Source: Escherichia coli
GTDB lineage: Bacteria > Pseudomonadota > Gammaproteobacteria > Enterobacterales > Enterobacteriaceae
Reading direction: 5' to 3' (one strand)
Length of the DNA stretch: 64,000 bases
Assembly: GCF_003334355.1 (NCBI RefSeq)
Contig: NZ_QOWP01000008.1
How positions within the stretch are numbered: position 1 is the stretch's first letter; every line of letters begins with the position of its first letter. Below, piece by piece: positions 11,007 through 21,035 of this stretch. The notes beneath the pieces were generated by a model. It had not been told where the DNA came from. It was given only the letters and a program-made list of their open reading frames with translations, and did not search any database. The translations under genes were made by a program, and so were the position numbers.

Positions 11007-13325
11007 ATGAAAATTAGCGATGGAAACTGGTTGATTCAACCTGGCCTCAATTTGATTCACCCGCTTCAGGTGTTCGAGGTTGAACAGCAGGATAATGAAA
11101 TGGTGGTCTATGCTGCCCCCCGTGATGTGCGTGAACGTACCTGGCAGCTTGATACGCCTTTATTTACGCTGCGCTTTTTCTCCCCACAGGAAGGTATTGT
11201 CGGTGTGCGGATTGAGCATTTTCAGGGGGCGCTGAATAACGGTCCTCATTATCCGCTCAATATTTTGCAGGACGTGAAGGTCACAATCGAAAACACAGAA
11301 CGTTATGCTGAGTTTAAAAGTGGCAACTTAAGCGCGCGTGTCAGCAAAGGTGAGTTCTGGTCACTGGATTTTCTGCGCAACGGCGAACGTATTACCGGTA
11401 GTCAGGTGAAAAATAATGGCTACGTGCAGGACACGAATAATCAACGCAATTATATGTTTGAGCGGCTTGATCTTGGCGTTGGCGAAACAGTTTACGGTCT
11501 GGGAGAGCGCTTTACTGCCCTGGTGCGCAATGGCCAGACGGTAGAGACCTGGAACCGGGACGGCGGCACAAGTACTGAACAGGCGTATAAAAATATCCCG
11601 TTCTACATGACTAACCGTGGTTATGGGGTACTGGTCAATCATCCCCAGTGTGTCTCTTTTGAAGTGGGATCGGAGAAAGTCTCCAAAGTGCAGTTCAGCG
11701 TTGAGAGTGAATATCTCGAATACTTTGTTATCGACGGCCCGACGCCGAAAGCGGTACTTGATCGTTATACCCGCTTTACTGGTCGTCCGGCGCTGCCGCC
11801 CGCGTGGTCCTTCGGCCTGTGGCTAACCACTTCATTTACCACCAACTACGACGAAGCGACGGTAAACAGCTTTATCGATGGTATGGCGGAACGCAATCTG
11901 CCGCTGCATGTTTTCCACTTTGACTGTTTCTGGATGAAAGCCTTCCAGTGGTGCGATTTTGAGTGGGACCCGCTGACTTTCCCTGACCCGGAAGGGATGA
12001 TCCGCCGCCTGAAAGCGAAAGGGCTGAAAATCTGCGTCTGGATTAACCCCTATATCGGTCAAAAATCCCCCGTCTTTAAAGAGTTACAAGAGAAAGGCTA
12101 TTTACTCAAACGCCCGGACGGTTCGCTATGGCAGTGGGATAAATGGCAGCCAGGTCTGGCGATTTATGACTTTACCAATCCGGATGCCTGCAAATGGTAC
12201 GCCGACAAACTGAAAGGTCTGGTCGCGATGGGCGTTGATTGCTTTAAGACCGACTTTGGCGAACGTATCCCAACTGATGTTCAGTGGTTTGACGGTTCCG
12301 ATCCGCAGAAAATGCATAACCATTATGCGTACATCTACAACGAACTGGTGTGGAACGTGCTCAAGGACACCGTTGGTGAGGAAGAAGCTGTCTTGTTTGC
12401 CCGCTCGGCCTCCGTCGGTGCGCAGAAATTCCCGGTACACTGGGGTGGCGATTGTTACGCTAACTACGAATCAATGGCGGAAAGCCTGCGCGGTGGTTTG
12501 TCTATTGGCCTTTCAGGTTTTGGCTTCTGGAGCCACGATATCGGCGGCTTTGAAAATACCGCTCCGGCGCACGTTTACAAACGCTGGTGCGCGTTTGGTT
12601 TGCTCTCCAGCCATAGCCGTTTACACGGTAGCAAATCTTATCGTGTGCCGTGGGCCTACGATGATGAGTCCTGTGATGTGGTGCGCTTCTTCACGCAACT
12701 GAAATGCCGCATGATGCCGTATCTGTATCGTGAAGCTGCGCGTGCGAACGCGCGGGGTACGCCGATGATGCGGGCCATGATGATGGAGTTCCCGGACGAT
12801 CCGGCTTGTGATTACCTTGACCGTCAATACATGTTAGGCGACAACGTGATGGTTGCGCCGGTGTTCACTGAAGCGGGCGATGTGCAGTTCTACCTGCCGG
12901 AAGGTCGCTGGACACACCTGTGGCACAACGATGAACTCGACGGTAGTCGCTGGCATAAACAGCAGCACGGCTTCCTGAGTCTGCCCGTTTATGTGCGTGA
13001 TAACACTCTACTGGCGCTGGGCAACAACGATCAACGTCCCGATTACGTGTGGCACGAAGGCACGGCATTCCACCTCTTTAATCTGCAAGACGGGCATGAA
13101 GCCGTCTGTGAAGTGCCCGCTGCTGACGGATCGGTGATCTTTACTTTAAAAGCAGCACGTACTGGCAACACGATTACTGTGACTGGTGCGGGCGAGGCGA
13201 AGAACTGGACACTGTGCCTGCGCAATGTTGTGAAAGTAAATGGTCTGCAAGACGGTTCGCAGGCTGAAAGTGAGCAGGGGCTGGTGGTGAAGCCTCAAGG
13301 GAATGCGCTGACAATTACGTTGTAA
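11007..13325 (+). CDS. yicI: alpha-xylosidase (glycoside hydrolase family 31), 772 aa
   Basis: 772 aa ORF 10 bp after yicJ; GH31-type motifs (KTDFGE, WGGD); length matches YicI. Confidence 0.8.
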
Positions 13326-13339
13326 TCTATTGATGGAAT

Positions 13340-13366
13340 GCCGGGTACGTCTGAGTCGTACCCGGC
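13340..13366. terminator. intergenic stem-loop between convergent yicI and yicH (10-bp perfect stem gccgggtacg / cgtacccggc)
   Basis: perfect inverted repeat with 7-nt loop directly after the yicI stop; no strong U-tract on either strand. Confidence 0.45.
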
Positions 13367-13377
13367 GAGATTGATGT

Positions 13378-15087
13378 TTACCGCACCGGCTCCGTCGATG
13401 TAACTTCACCGCTGGAAACGATGCCAGCATTCATGGTTTGAGTCACTTGCTGCTTTGCGGCGTTCACGGCATGCAATTGCCCGCTAACCGTAGGTTTCAG
13501 CGGGGCATTGGCCTGAATATCTCCACTGGCGGTAAGCTGAATATTGCCGTCGCCAGTCAACGGTAATTCAGGCCATCCCCATTGTTGCAAAATATTCACC
13601 GGCACACCGCGTCCATTCAGGCTGATATGGGTCTGACGTTGTGGCGTTTGTGAAACACTGGCAGTGGCTTCCAGAATGCCTTTTTCAGTAAATGCACTCA
13701 GTTCGCTGATATTCACCGTGCTGCTGTTGGCGGTCAGCGCCAGCGACGGGCGACGAACATCAACACGATTGAATGTCGCGGCGGCGGCATTCAGATTCGC
13801 CGAGCCACTCCAGACGCCCCATTTATGATCGGTAACCAGCGTCAGGTTGGCACCGTAACCATCGAGCGTGGTGAGCTGCCACGGGAAGTCAGGGTCGATA
13901 TCAATGATCAGATTGCGGCTGGCGCTAAATCTCTTCAGTTGCAGGCTGTTTAACCAACCGGGTGTCGTTTCCATCCACAACTGTTGCCAGTTTTTCGGCA
14001 AGGTATATTCCAGCCCGGCAATTGCCGCATCATCAAGGATCAACGTTTTCCCGTCACGCAGCCAGTTCCCTGACGTTCTGACCATACCCCCTTCCCAGCG
14101 GCTGGTGAACTGGCGCAGCGCTACGCCCTGCGGGGAAAATTCCGCGTTTATAATCGGGTCAAATAAATGCAGCGAACCATAAATGAACTCGCTAGCGTTC
14201 ATCGACAGTTTGCCTTCTTGTGTCTGCCAGTCATCTTTACTGAAGGTCATGTTGCGCAAGCTGAGATCGAGGTCGGTCACCGCCCAGTCCGGACCTTGCA
14301 AACGAGCATCGATCACTTCCAGGCGACCAATCTGCAACGACGGGACAGAGCGTAATGGCGCAAAGAAGTCGGTTAGCGATTTTTCGCTTTGTAGACGGAT
14401 ATCCGCCATGCGCAGGTTTTCCACTTGCCAGCTGCCGTCGGCGTTACGCTGCGCGTTTCCGGTTAATGTCCCGCGCGCGATGTCGGCACCCAGGTTAGTC
14501 AGCGTAACGCGATCGTTATCAATACTGCCTTCAATCAGTACATTGGTGGCAGGAACATCATTGAGCGAAAGCGATCCGGCACTAAACTGAATCTGCGCCT
14601 TCGTACCCAGCACTTTACCGGCTTTTGGTGACCACGGAACTACGCCGCCATTTACCCGCTGCGCGCTCAGTTTCCATTCGCTATTCGGGCTATTAAACGC
14701 CATATCACGCAGTTGCAGACGATCGGCTTTGAACGGTAGCGGCGCGGTCTGGTCGGTGAGATTCAGCGTCCCGTTTTCCAGCAGGATGGTATCGACATGG
14801 CGTGGTTCGGTCAGTTGCCGACTGCTTAGCGCAATGTCGACACTTTTGGCCACCAGGGTCGCGGGCTGGCCATCACGACCAAACGTGACGTTCTCCAGCA
14901 CGATATGAGATGGCGCGGAAAAACGGTGATCCATCGCCCCGAAGGCCAGATGATAGTCGCTATTCTCGGAAACCCATGCGCTGATATGTTCTGCTCCCCA
15001 GCGGGTTTGCAGAAGAAAATAGAGGCCAGCGATCGCCACTAACAGAGCGATGAGAATGTAGAGAAGCAGCTTCCCAATAAATTTCAT
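13378..15087 (-). CDS. yicH: AsmA-family outer-membrane assembly protein YicH-like, 569 aa
   Basis: ORF 13378..15111; start at MKFIGKLLLYILIALLVA (ATG 15085-15087) gives 569 aa; N-terminal TM anchor. Confidence 0.65.
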   Translation of the reverse strand: MKFIGKLLLYILIALLVAIAGLYFLLQTRWGAEHISAWVSENSDYHLAFGAMDHRFSAPSHIVLENVTFGRDGQPATLVAKSVDIALSSRQLTEPRHVDTILLENGTLNLTDQTAPLPFKADRLQLRDMAFNSPNSEWKLSAQRVNGGVVPWSPKAGKVLGTKAQIQFSAGSLSLNDVPATNVLIEGSIDNDRVTLTNLGADIARGTLTGNAQRNADGSWQVENLRMADIRLQSEKSLTDFFAPLRSVPSLQIGRLEVIDARLQGPDWAVTDLDLSLRNMTFSKDDWQTQEGKLSMNASEFIYGSLHLFDPIINAEFSPQGVALRQFTSRWEGGMVRTSGNWLRDGKTLILDDAAIAGLEYTLPKNWQQLWMETTPGWLNSLQLKRFSASRNLIIDIDPDFPWQLTTLDGYGANLTLVTDHKWGVWSGSANLNAAAATFNRVDVRRPSLALTANSSTVNISELSAFTEKGILEATASVSQTPQRQTHISLNGRGVPVNILQQWGWPELPLTGDGNIQLTASGDIQANAPLKPTVSGQLHAVNAAKQQVTQTMNAGIVSSGEVTSTEPVR

Positions 15088-15207
15088 GGTCTTCCATCCC
15101 GTGAAATGCACATAAGGGAGTTATGCACGATTTACGCGCAATCCTCAAGGCGGGAATGGTTAAAGAGGTGAGACTGCGGCGGTAATTATCTTACCGCCGC
15201 CAGTGAA

Positions 15208-16599
15208 TTACTGTTTTTCTGGTGGGAAAATCAGATTCAGCACGATGGCAGTAATACCGCCCGCGGCGATCCCGGAGGAGAGCAGGTTTTTCAGCCATTC
15301 AGGGGCAAACTGCAAAATCAGCGGCTGCTGAGACACGCCCAGACCAACCGCCAGCGACAGCGCGATAATCAGAATCGCCCGACGGTTCAGCGGCTCACGA
15401 GAAACGATACGCACACCGGAGGCGGCGATGGTGCCAAACATTACAAGCGTTGCGCCGCCCAGAACCGGTTCTGGAATGTGTTGTACAAAACCGCTCACTG
15501 CCGGGAACAGACCCAGCACGATCAACATCAGCGCGACGACAAAACCGACATAGCGGCTGGCAACACCAGTCAACTGGATCACTCCGTTGTTTTGCCCGAA
15601 GCAGGAGTTCGGGAAGGTGTTAAACACCGCCGAAACAAACGAGTTCAGGCCGTTTGCCAGCACGCCACCTTTCAGGCGTTTCATGTACAGCGGACCGGAC
15701 ACTGGCTGTTCGGAAACGTCAGAGGTCGCCGTGATATCGCCAATGGTTTCCAGCGAAGTGATCATAAAGACCAGCATCAGCGGCAGCAGCAGACTCCATT
15801 CAATGCCAAGACCGTAATAGAGCGGCGTTGGCACCATAATCAGTTCTTGCGTCATCGGTTCGTTGCTTTCTGGCAACATGCCCATAAACCACGCCAGCGC
15901 ATATCCGGCCGCCATCGCAATCACCAGTGAGGCCACGCGTAAGTAAGGGTTACGTTGACGGTTAAGCAGGATAATTAAGGCTAAGACCACGCCTGCCAGC
16001 AGCAGATTTTTCGGTGCGCCGAAGGTGTTATCGCTCATGGCTGCGTAACCGCCGCCAATGGACGTTAACCCAACCTGAATTAGCGACAGGCCGATAATCA
16101 TCACCACAACGCCAGAAACCAGCGGCGTAATAATGCGGCGCGCCAGATGCAGAACGCGGGAGATCACCATCTCGGTGCAACTTGCCAGCATCAACGTGCC
16201 GAACAAAGCCGCCATCATGGTAGGAACATCAGCACCACCGGTTTTCAGCGCGGTACCGCCCATAATCAGCGGGGCAACAAAGTTGAAGCTGGTGCCCTGA
16301 ATAGACAACAGCCCGGAGCCAACCGGACCCCAGGCCTTAATTTGAATAATCGATGCCACACCGGAGGCAAACAGCGACATACTAATAATGTGTTGCGTGT
16401 CTTGTGCCGGTAAACCCAGCGCCTGGCAGATTAATAGCGCTGGCGTGATCACCGCAACGAACATCGCCAGCAGATGCTGACAGGCGGCAAACAGGGTTTG
16501 AGGAAGCGGCGGACGATCTTCAAGACGGTAAATCAGTTCGCTGTTTTGAGTCTGCGCAACCGGTTGCGCATTTTCTGACTCGAGGGTGGAAACAGACAT
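15208..16599 (-). CDS. xanP: xanthine permease (NCS2 family), 463 aa
   Basis: ORF 15208..16608; start at [16 protein letters not shown] (ATG 16597-16599); nucleobase:cation symporter-2 composition. Confidence 0.75.
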
Positions 16600-16878
16600 C
16601 GAAAACAATCCCGTGGTAGCAAAGCGGGCATTTTAGCTGACCGAAAGAGAAAAGCAAACGTTTGCCACATCCTCATCTAAATATTTAAATGAGATAAATG
16701 CACTTTTTTATATAACTTTTGGTATTTTTCTGCTTAAAATCCATGCCATTTGTTCATTAACAGCTGAGAATTTGACCCAGGAAAGCATAACTCGATACCC
16801 GTCATAGTTCATGAAGTTGCCACTGCGCGATGAAGTATGACGAGTATGAAAGAGTGATGCGGATACAAAGGAGTAACT

Positions 16879-18084
16879 ATGTTTCATCTCGATACTTTAG
16901 CAACGCTTGTTGCCGCAACGCTGACGTTGCTGCTCGGGCGTAAGTTGGTCCATTCCGTCTCCTTTTTGAAGAAATACACCATACCGGAACCTGTTGCGGG
17001 TGGTTTGTTGGTGGCGCTGGCGCTACTAGTACTGAAAAAAAGCATGGGCTGGGAAGTCAACTTTGATATGTCCCTGCGCGATCCGTTAATGCTGGCTTTC
17101 TTCGCCACCATTGGCCTGAACGCCAACATTGCCAGTTTGCGTGCCGGTGGGCGTGTGGTTGGCATCTTCTTGATTGTGGTTGTTGGTCTGTTGGTGATGC
17201 AAAATGCCATTGGCATTGGTATGGCTAGCTTGTTAGGGCTTGATCCGCTGATGGGGCTGTTGGCCGGTTCTATTACGCTTTCCGGCGGTCACGGTACGGG
17301 CGCTGCGTGGAGTAAATTGTTCATTGAACGTTATGGCTTCACCAATGCGACGGAAGTGGCGATGGCCTGTGCAACGTTCGGTCTGGTGCTGGGCGGCTTG
17401 ATTGGCGGTCCGGTGGCGCGCTATCTGGTGAAACACTCCACCACGCCGAACGGTATTCCGGATGACCAGGAAGTCCCGACGGCGTTTGAAAAGCCGGATG
17501 TGGGACGCATGATCACCTCGTTGGTGCTGATTGAAACTATCGCGCTGATTGCTATCTGCCTGACGGTGGGGAAAATTGTTGCGCAACTTTTGGCTGGCAC
17601 TGCTTTTGAACTGCCGACCTTCGTCTGTGTACTGTTTGTTGGCGTGATTCTGAGCAACGGTCTGTCAATAATGGGCTTTTACCGCGTCTTTGAGCGTGCG
17701 GTATCCGTGCTGGGTAACGTAAGCTTGTCGTTGTTCCTGGCGATGGCGTTGATGGGGCTGAAACTGTGGGAGCTGGCTTCGCTGGCGCTGCCGATGCTGG
17801 CGATTCTGGTGGTACAGACCATCTTCATGGCGTTGTATGCCATCTTCGTTACCTGGCGCATGATGGGCAAAAACTACGATGCGGCAGTGCTGGCTGCGGG
17901 TCACTGTGGTTTTGGCCTCGGTGCAACGCCAACGGCAATCGCCAACATGCAGGCGATCACTGAACGCTTTGGCCCGTCGCACATGGCGTTTTTGGTGGTG
18001 CCGATGGTCGGTGCGTTCTTTATCGATATCGTCAATGCGCTGGTAATTAAGTTGTATTTGATGTTGCCGATTTTTGCCGGTTAA
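16879..18084 (+). CDS. gltS: sodium/glutamate symporter, 401 aa
   Basis: 401 aa polytopic membrane protein; N-terminus MFHLDTLATLVAATLTLLLGRKL recalled as GltS. Confidence 0.8.
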   Translation: MFHLDTLATLVAATLTLLLGRKLVHSVSFLKKYTIPEPVAGGLLVALALLVLKKSMGWEVNFDMSLRDPLMLAFFATIGLNANIASLRAGGRVVGIFLIVVVGLLVMQNAIGIGMASLLGLDPLMGLLAGSITLSGGHGTGAAWSKLFIERYGFTNATEVAMACATFGLVLGGLIGGPVARYLVKHSTTPNGIPDDQEVPTAFEKPDVGRMITSLVLIETIALIAICLTVGKIVAQLLAGTAFELPTFVCVLFVGVILSNGLSIMGFYRVFERAVSVLGNVSLSLFLAMALMGLKLWELASLALPMLAILVVQTIFMALYAIFVTWRMMGKNYDAAVLAAGHCGFGLGATPTAIANMQAITERFGPSHMAFLVVPMVGAFFIDIVNALVIKLYLMLPIFAG

Positions 18085-18252
18085 CCGATGAAGCGGCGGT
18101 AGAAGTGCCGCCGCAACAAAGACAAATGCCTGATACGCTTCGCTTATCAAGCCTGCGTATTGATTCATAATTTATTGAATTTGTAGGGTGATGAATCGCA
18201 TCCGGCAGGAAGGTAGGGTAACCTGAAATGGCGGTCTTCTCACTGCCGCCTT

Positions 18253-20334
18253 TTACGCATTCGAGTAACGTTCCGTCTCCGGCATCCAGCGTTCTATCAG
18301 GGCTTTTGCCTGTTGTGGGTAACGTTCGTGAATATGGCGTGCCAGGCGCTGAACTTCCGGGATCATCGCCTGATCGCGCAGTAAATCCGCCACTTTAAAT
18401 TCAGCATTACCCGTCTGACGCGTGCCTAACAATTCGCCAGGGCCGCGAATCTCCAGATCTTTTTGCGCAATCACAAAACCGTCGTTACTGTCGCGCAGCA
18501 CTTGCAGGCGAATTTGCGCCGTTTTAGAAAGCGGCGTTTTGTAGAGCAGCACGCAGTGAGAAGCCACCGCGCCACGACCTACGCGCCCGCGCAGCTGGTG
18601 TAACTGCGCCAGACCCAGACGCTCCGGGTTTTCGATAATCATCAGACTGGCGTTAGGCACATCAACGCCGACTTCAATAACGGTTGTGGCAACCAGCAGG
18701 TGTAGCTCACCTTGTTTAAACGACGCCATCACCGCCTGTTTCTCGGCAGGTTTCATCCGCCCGTGTACCAGGCCAACGTTCAACTCTGGTAGCGCCAGTT
18801 TCAACTCTTCCCAGGTAGCTTCCGCCGCCTGCGCTTCCAGCAATTCCGACTCTTCAATCAACGTACAAACCCAGTATGCCTGACGACCTTCAGTTATGCA
18901 GGCGTGGCGCACGCGGTCAATAATGTCGGTACGGCGGGTATCAGGAATAGCGACCGTAGTCACTGGCGTGCGGCCTGGCGGCAGCTCATCTATCACCGAG
19001 GTATCGAGATCAGCATACGCAGTCATTGCCAGCGTTCGGGGGATCGGCGTGGCGGTCATGATCAACTGATGAGGATGGAAGCCTTGCTGCTGGCCTTTCT
19101 CCCATAACGCCAGACGCTGATGCACGCCAAAACGATGCTGTTCGTCGATAATCACCAGCGCCAGGCCGTTAAACAGCACCTGTTCCTGGAAGATGGCGTG
19201 TGTACCGACAATCATCTGCACCTGACCGCTGGCGATAGCTTCCTGCTGTGCCAGCCGCGCTTTACCTTTCTGCTTACCGGCGAGCCAGCCCACTTCGATA
19301 CCAAGCGGTGCAAACCAGTTACGGAAGTTATTGGCGTGCTGTTCGGCGAGTAATTCGGTTGGTGCCATCAATGCCACCTGTTTGCCGTGGGCAATCGCAC
19401 GCAGCGCGGCGAGGGCAGCGACCAGCGTTTTACCGGAACCTACATCGCCCTGTACCAGGCGCATCATCGGCACATCCAGCGCCAAATCGCGCTCGATCTC
19501 CGCCACCACGCGAGCCTGAGCGCCCGTTGGCTTGAACGGTAAGGCGGCAAGAAGTTTATTTTTCAGCGTGTCATTGGCGCTCAGCGGCTGGGCATGGAAA
19601 CGTTGCGCTCCGGCGCGTAAGGCTAACATGCTGAGGTTATGCGCCAGCAGTTCTTCCAGAATCAGACGACGTTGCGCCGGATGCTGTCCGGTTTCCAGAT
19701 CGCTAAGCTGCAAAGTCGGTGGCGGGCGATGCAAAGTGCGCAACGCTTCTGGCAGCGTCATCATTCCTTGTGACAGTTCCGGCGGCAGGAGTTCTTCAAT
19801 GGCGCAGGTGTCGAGCAGATCCAGCGCCTGGTCGGTTAATTTACGCAGCGTGGCCTGCTTTACGCCTTCCGTAGTTGGGTAAACCGGCGTGAGCGTTTCC
19901 TGTAACTCTGGCGTGCTGAGATCGCCTTGCACGCGGTATTCCGGGTGGATCATCTCCGCACCATATTTACCGCGCTTTGCTTCTCCATAAGCCAGTACAC
20001 GGCGGCCCGCCGCCAGGCTATTTTTCATTGCCGCGCTGAAATTGAAAAAGCGCATGGTGAGGATGCCGGAACCGTCGCTGATCTGGCAGGTCATCATCCG
20101 TCGACCGCCGAAGGAGATATTGCAGTTCAGCACTTCGCCTTCCACCGTGGCATAAACGCCCGGCAGTAGTTCTCCGATGGGGTAGAGATGGGTGCGATCT
20201 TCGTAGCGCAGGGGAAGGTGTAAGAGTAGATCCTGCACGGTATGCAGGTTGATTTTCGCCAGTTTGTTACTAAGTGCTGCGCCAACGCCCGTTAGGGAAC
20301 TGAGTGGGACAGCATCTAACAGGCGACCTTTCAT
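18253..20334 (-). CDS. recG: ATP-dependent DNA helicase RecG, 693 aa
   Basis: ORF 18253..20367; start MKGRLLDAVPLSSLTGVG (ATG 20332-20334); Walker A GSGKT, DEQHRFG helicase motifs. Confidence 0.9.
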   Translation of the reverse strand: MKGRLLDAVPLSSLTGVGAALSNKLAKINLHTVQDLLLHLPLRYEDRTHLYPIGELLPGVYATVEGEVLNCNISFGGRRMMTCQISDGSGILTMRFFNFSAAMKNSLAAGRRVLAYGEAKRGKYGAEMIHPEYRVQGDLSTPELQETLTPVYPTTEGVKQATLRKLTDQALDLLDTCAIEELLPPELSQGMMTLPEALRTLHRPPPTLQLSDLETGQHPAQRRLILEELLAHNLSMLALRAGAQRFHAQPLSANDTLKNKLLAALPFKPTGAQARVVAEIERDLALDVPMMRLVQGDVGSGKTLVAALAALRAIAHGKQVALMAPTELLAEQHANNFRNWFAPLGIEVGWLAGKQKGKARLAQQEAIASGQVQMIVGTHAIFQEQVLFNGLALVIIDEQHRFGVHQRLALWEKGQQQGFHPHQLIMTATPIPRTLAMTAYADLDTSVIDELPPGRTPVTTVAIPDTRRTDIIDRVRHACITEGRQAYWVCTLIEESELLEAQAAEATWEELKLALPELNVGLVHGRMKPAEKQAVMASFKQGELHLLVATTVIEVGVDVPNASLMIIENPERLGLAQLHQLRGRVGRGAVASHCVLLYKTPLSKTAQIRLQVLRDSNDGFVIAQKDLEIRGPGELLGTRQTGNAEFKVADLLRDQAMIPEVQRLARHIHERYPQQAKALIERWMPETERYSNA

Positions 20335-20339
20335 GGCAC

Positions 20340-21029
20340 TTACCCTGCAGCCTGCATAGTAGCCCACCAGTCGGCATCAGCTTCGATCTCGCCTTGCTGA
20401 TTGACGTGGGGATAAGGCAGGCCTTTGCGTTTTGCGACTTTCGCCAGCACCGGATAGCCGCCTTCAAACAACAGGCGTTGTTGCTCTGCTTCCGGCAACA
20501 TGCTGTTTTCACGCAGGTACATGCCTGCATTTTGCCGCTGACGCTGGGCTTCGTAAAGAATGAGGGCTGAGGCAACGGAAACATTCAGCGACTGCACCAT
20601 GCCGATCATCGGAATGATGATGTCCTGATCCGCCAGGGCCAATGCTTCCTGCGTGATGCCCGTTTTCTCCTGTCCCATCAAAATGCAGGTCGGGCGAGTG
20701 TAATCAATTTCGCGGAAATCGACAGCGTTATCAGAAAGATGGGTTGCCAGAATCTGCATGCCCTGGCCTTTGAGATGAGCGACGGCATCGCCAATGGTGC
20801 GGTGTGTTTTCACCTGTACCCAGCTGTTACTACCCGCCGCTGCCGAAGCCATGGTGCGCATGCGGCTACCAGGCCAGACGGCGTGAACTTCATGTACGCC
20901 AACGGCATCTGCGGTACGAATAATCGCAGAAACGTTATGAGGTTTGTGGACCTGCTCCATGCAGACGGTCAGATCAGGCTGCCGCCTGGCGAGCATTTCG
21001 CAGATGCGTGCATAACGTGTTGGGTTCAT
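20340..21029 (-). CDS. trmH: tRNA (Gm18) 2'-O-methyltransferase (SpoU), 229 aa
   Basis: 229 aa SPOUT-family protein between spoT and recG. Confidence 0.8.
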   Translation of the reverse strand: MNPTRYARICEMLARRQPDLTVCMEQVHKPHNVSAIIRTADAVGVHEVHAVWPGSRMRTMASAAAGSNSWVQVKTHRTIGDAVAHLKGQGMQILATHLSDNAVDFREIDYTRPTCILMGQEKTGITQEALALADQDIIIPMIGMVQSLNVSVASALILYEAQRQRQNAGMYLRENSMLPEAEQQRLLFEGGYPVLAKVAKRKGLPYPHVNQQGEIEADADWWATMQAAG

Positions 21030-21035
21030 AAAACA

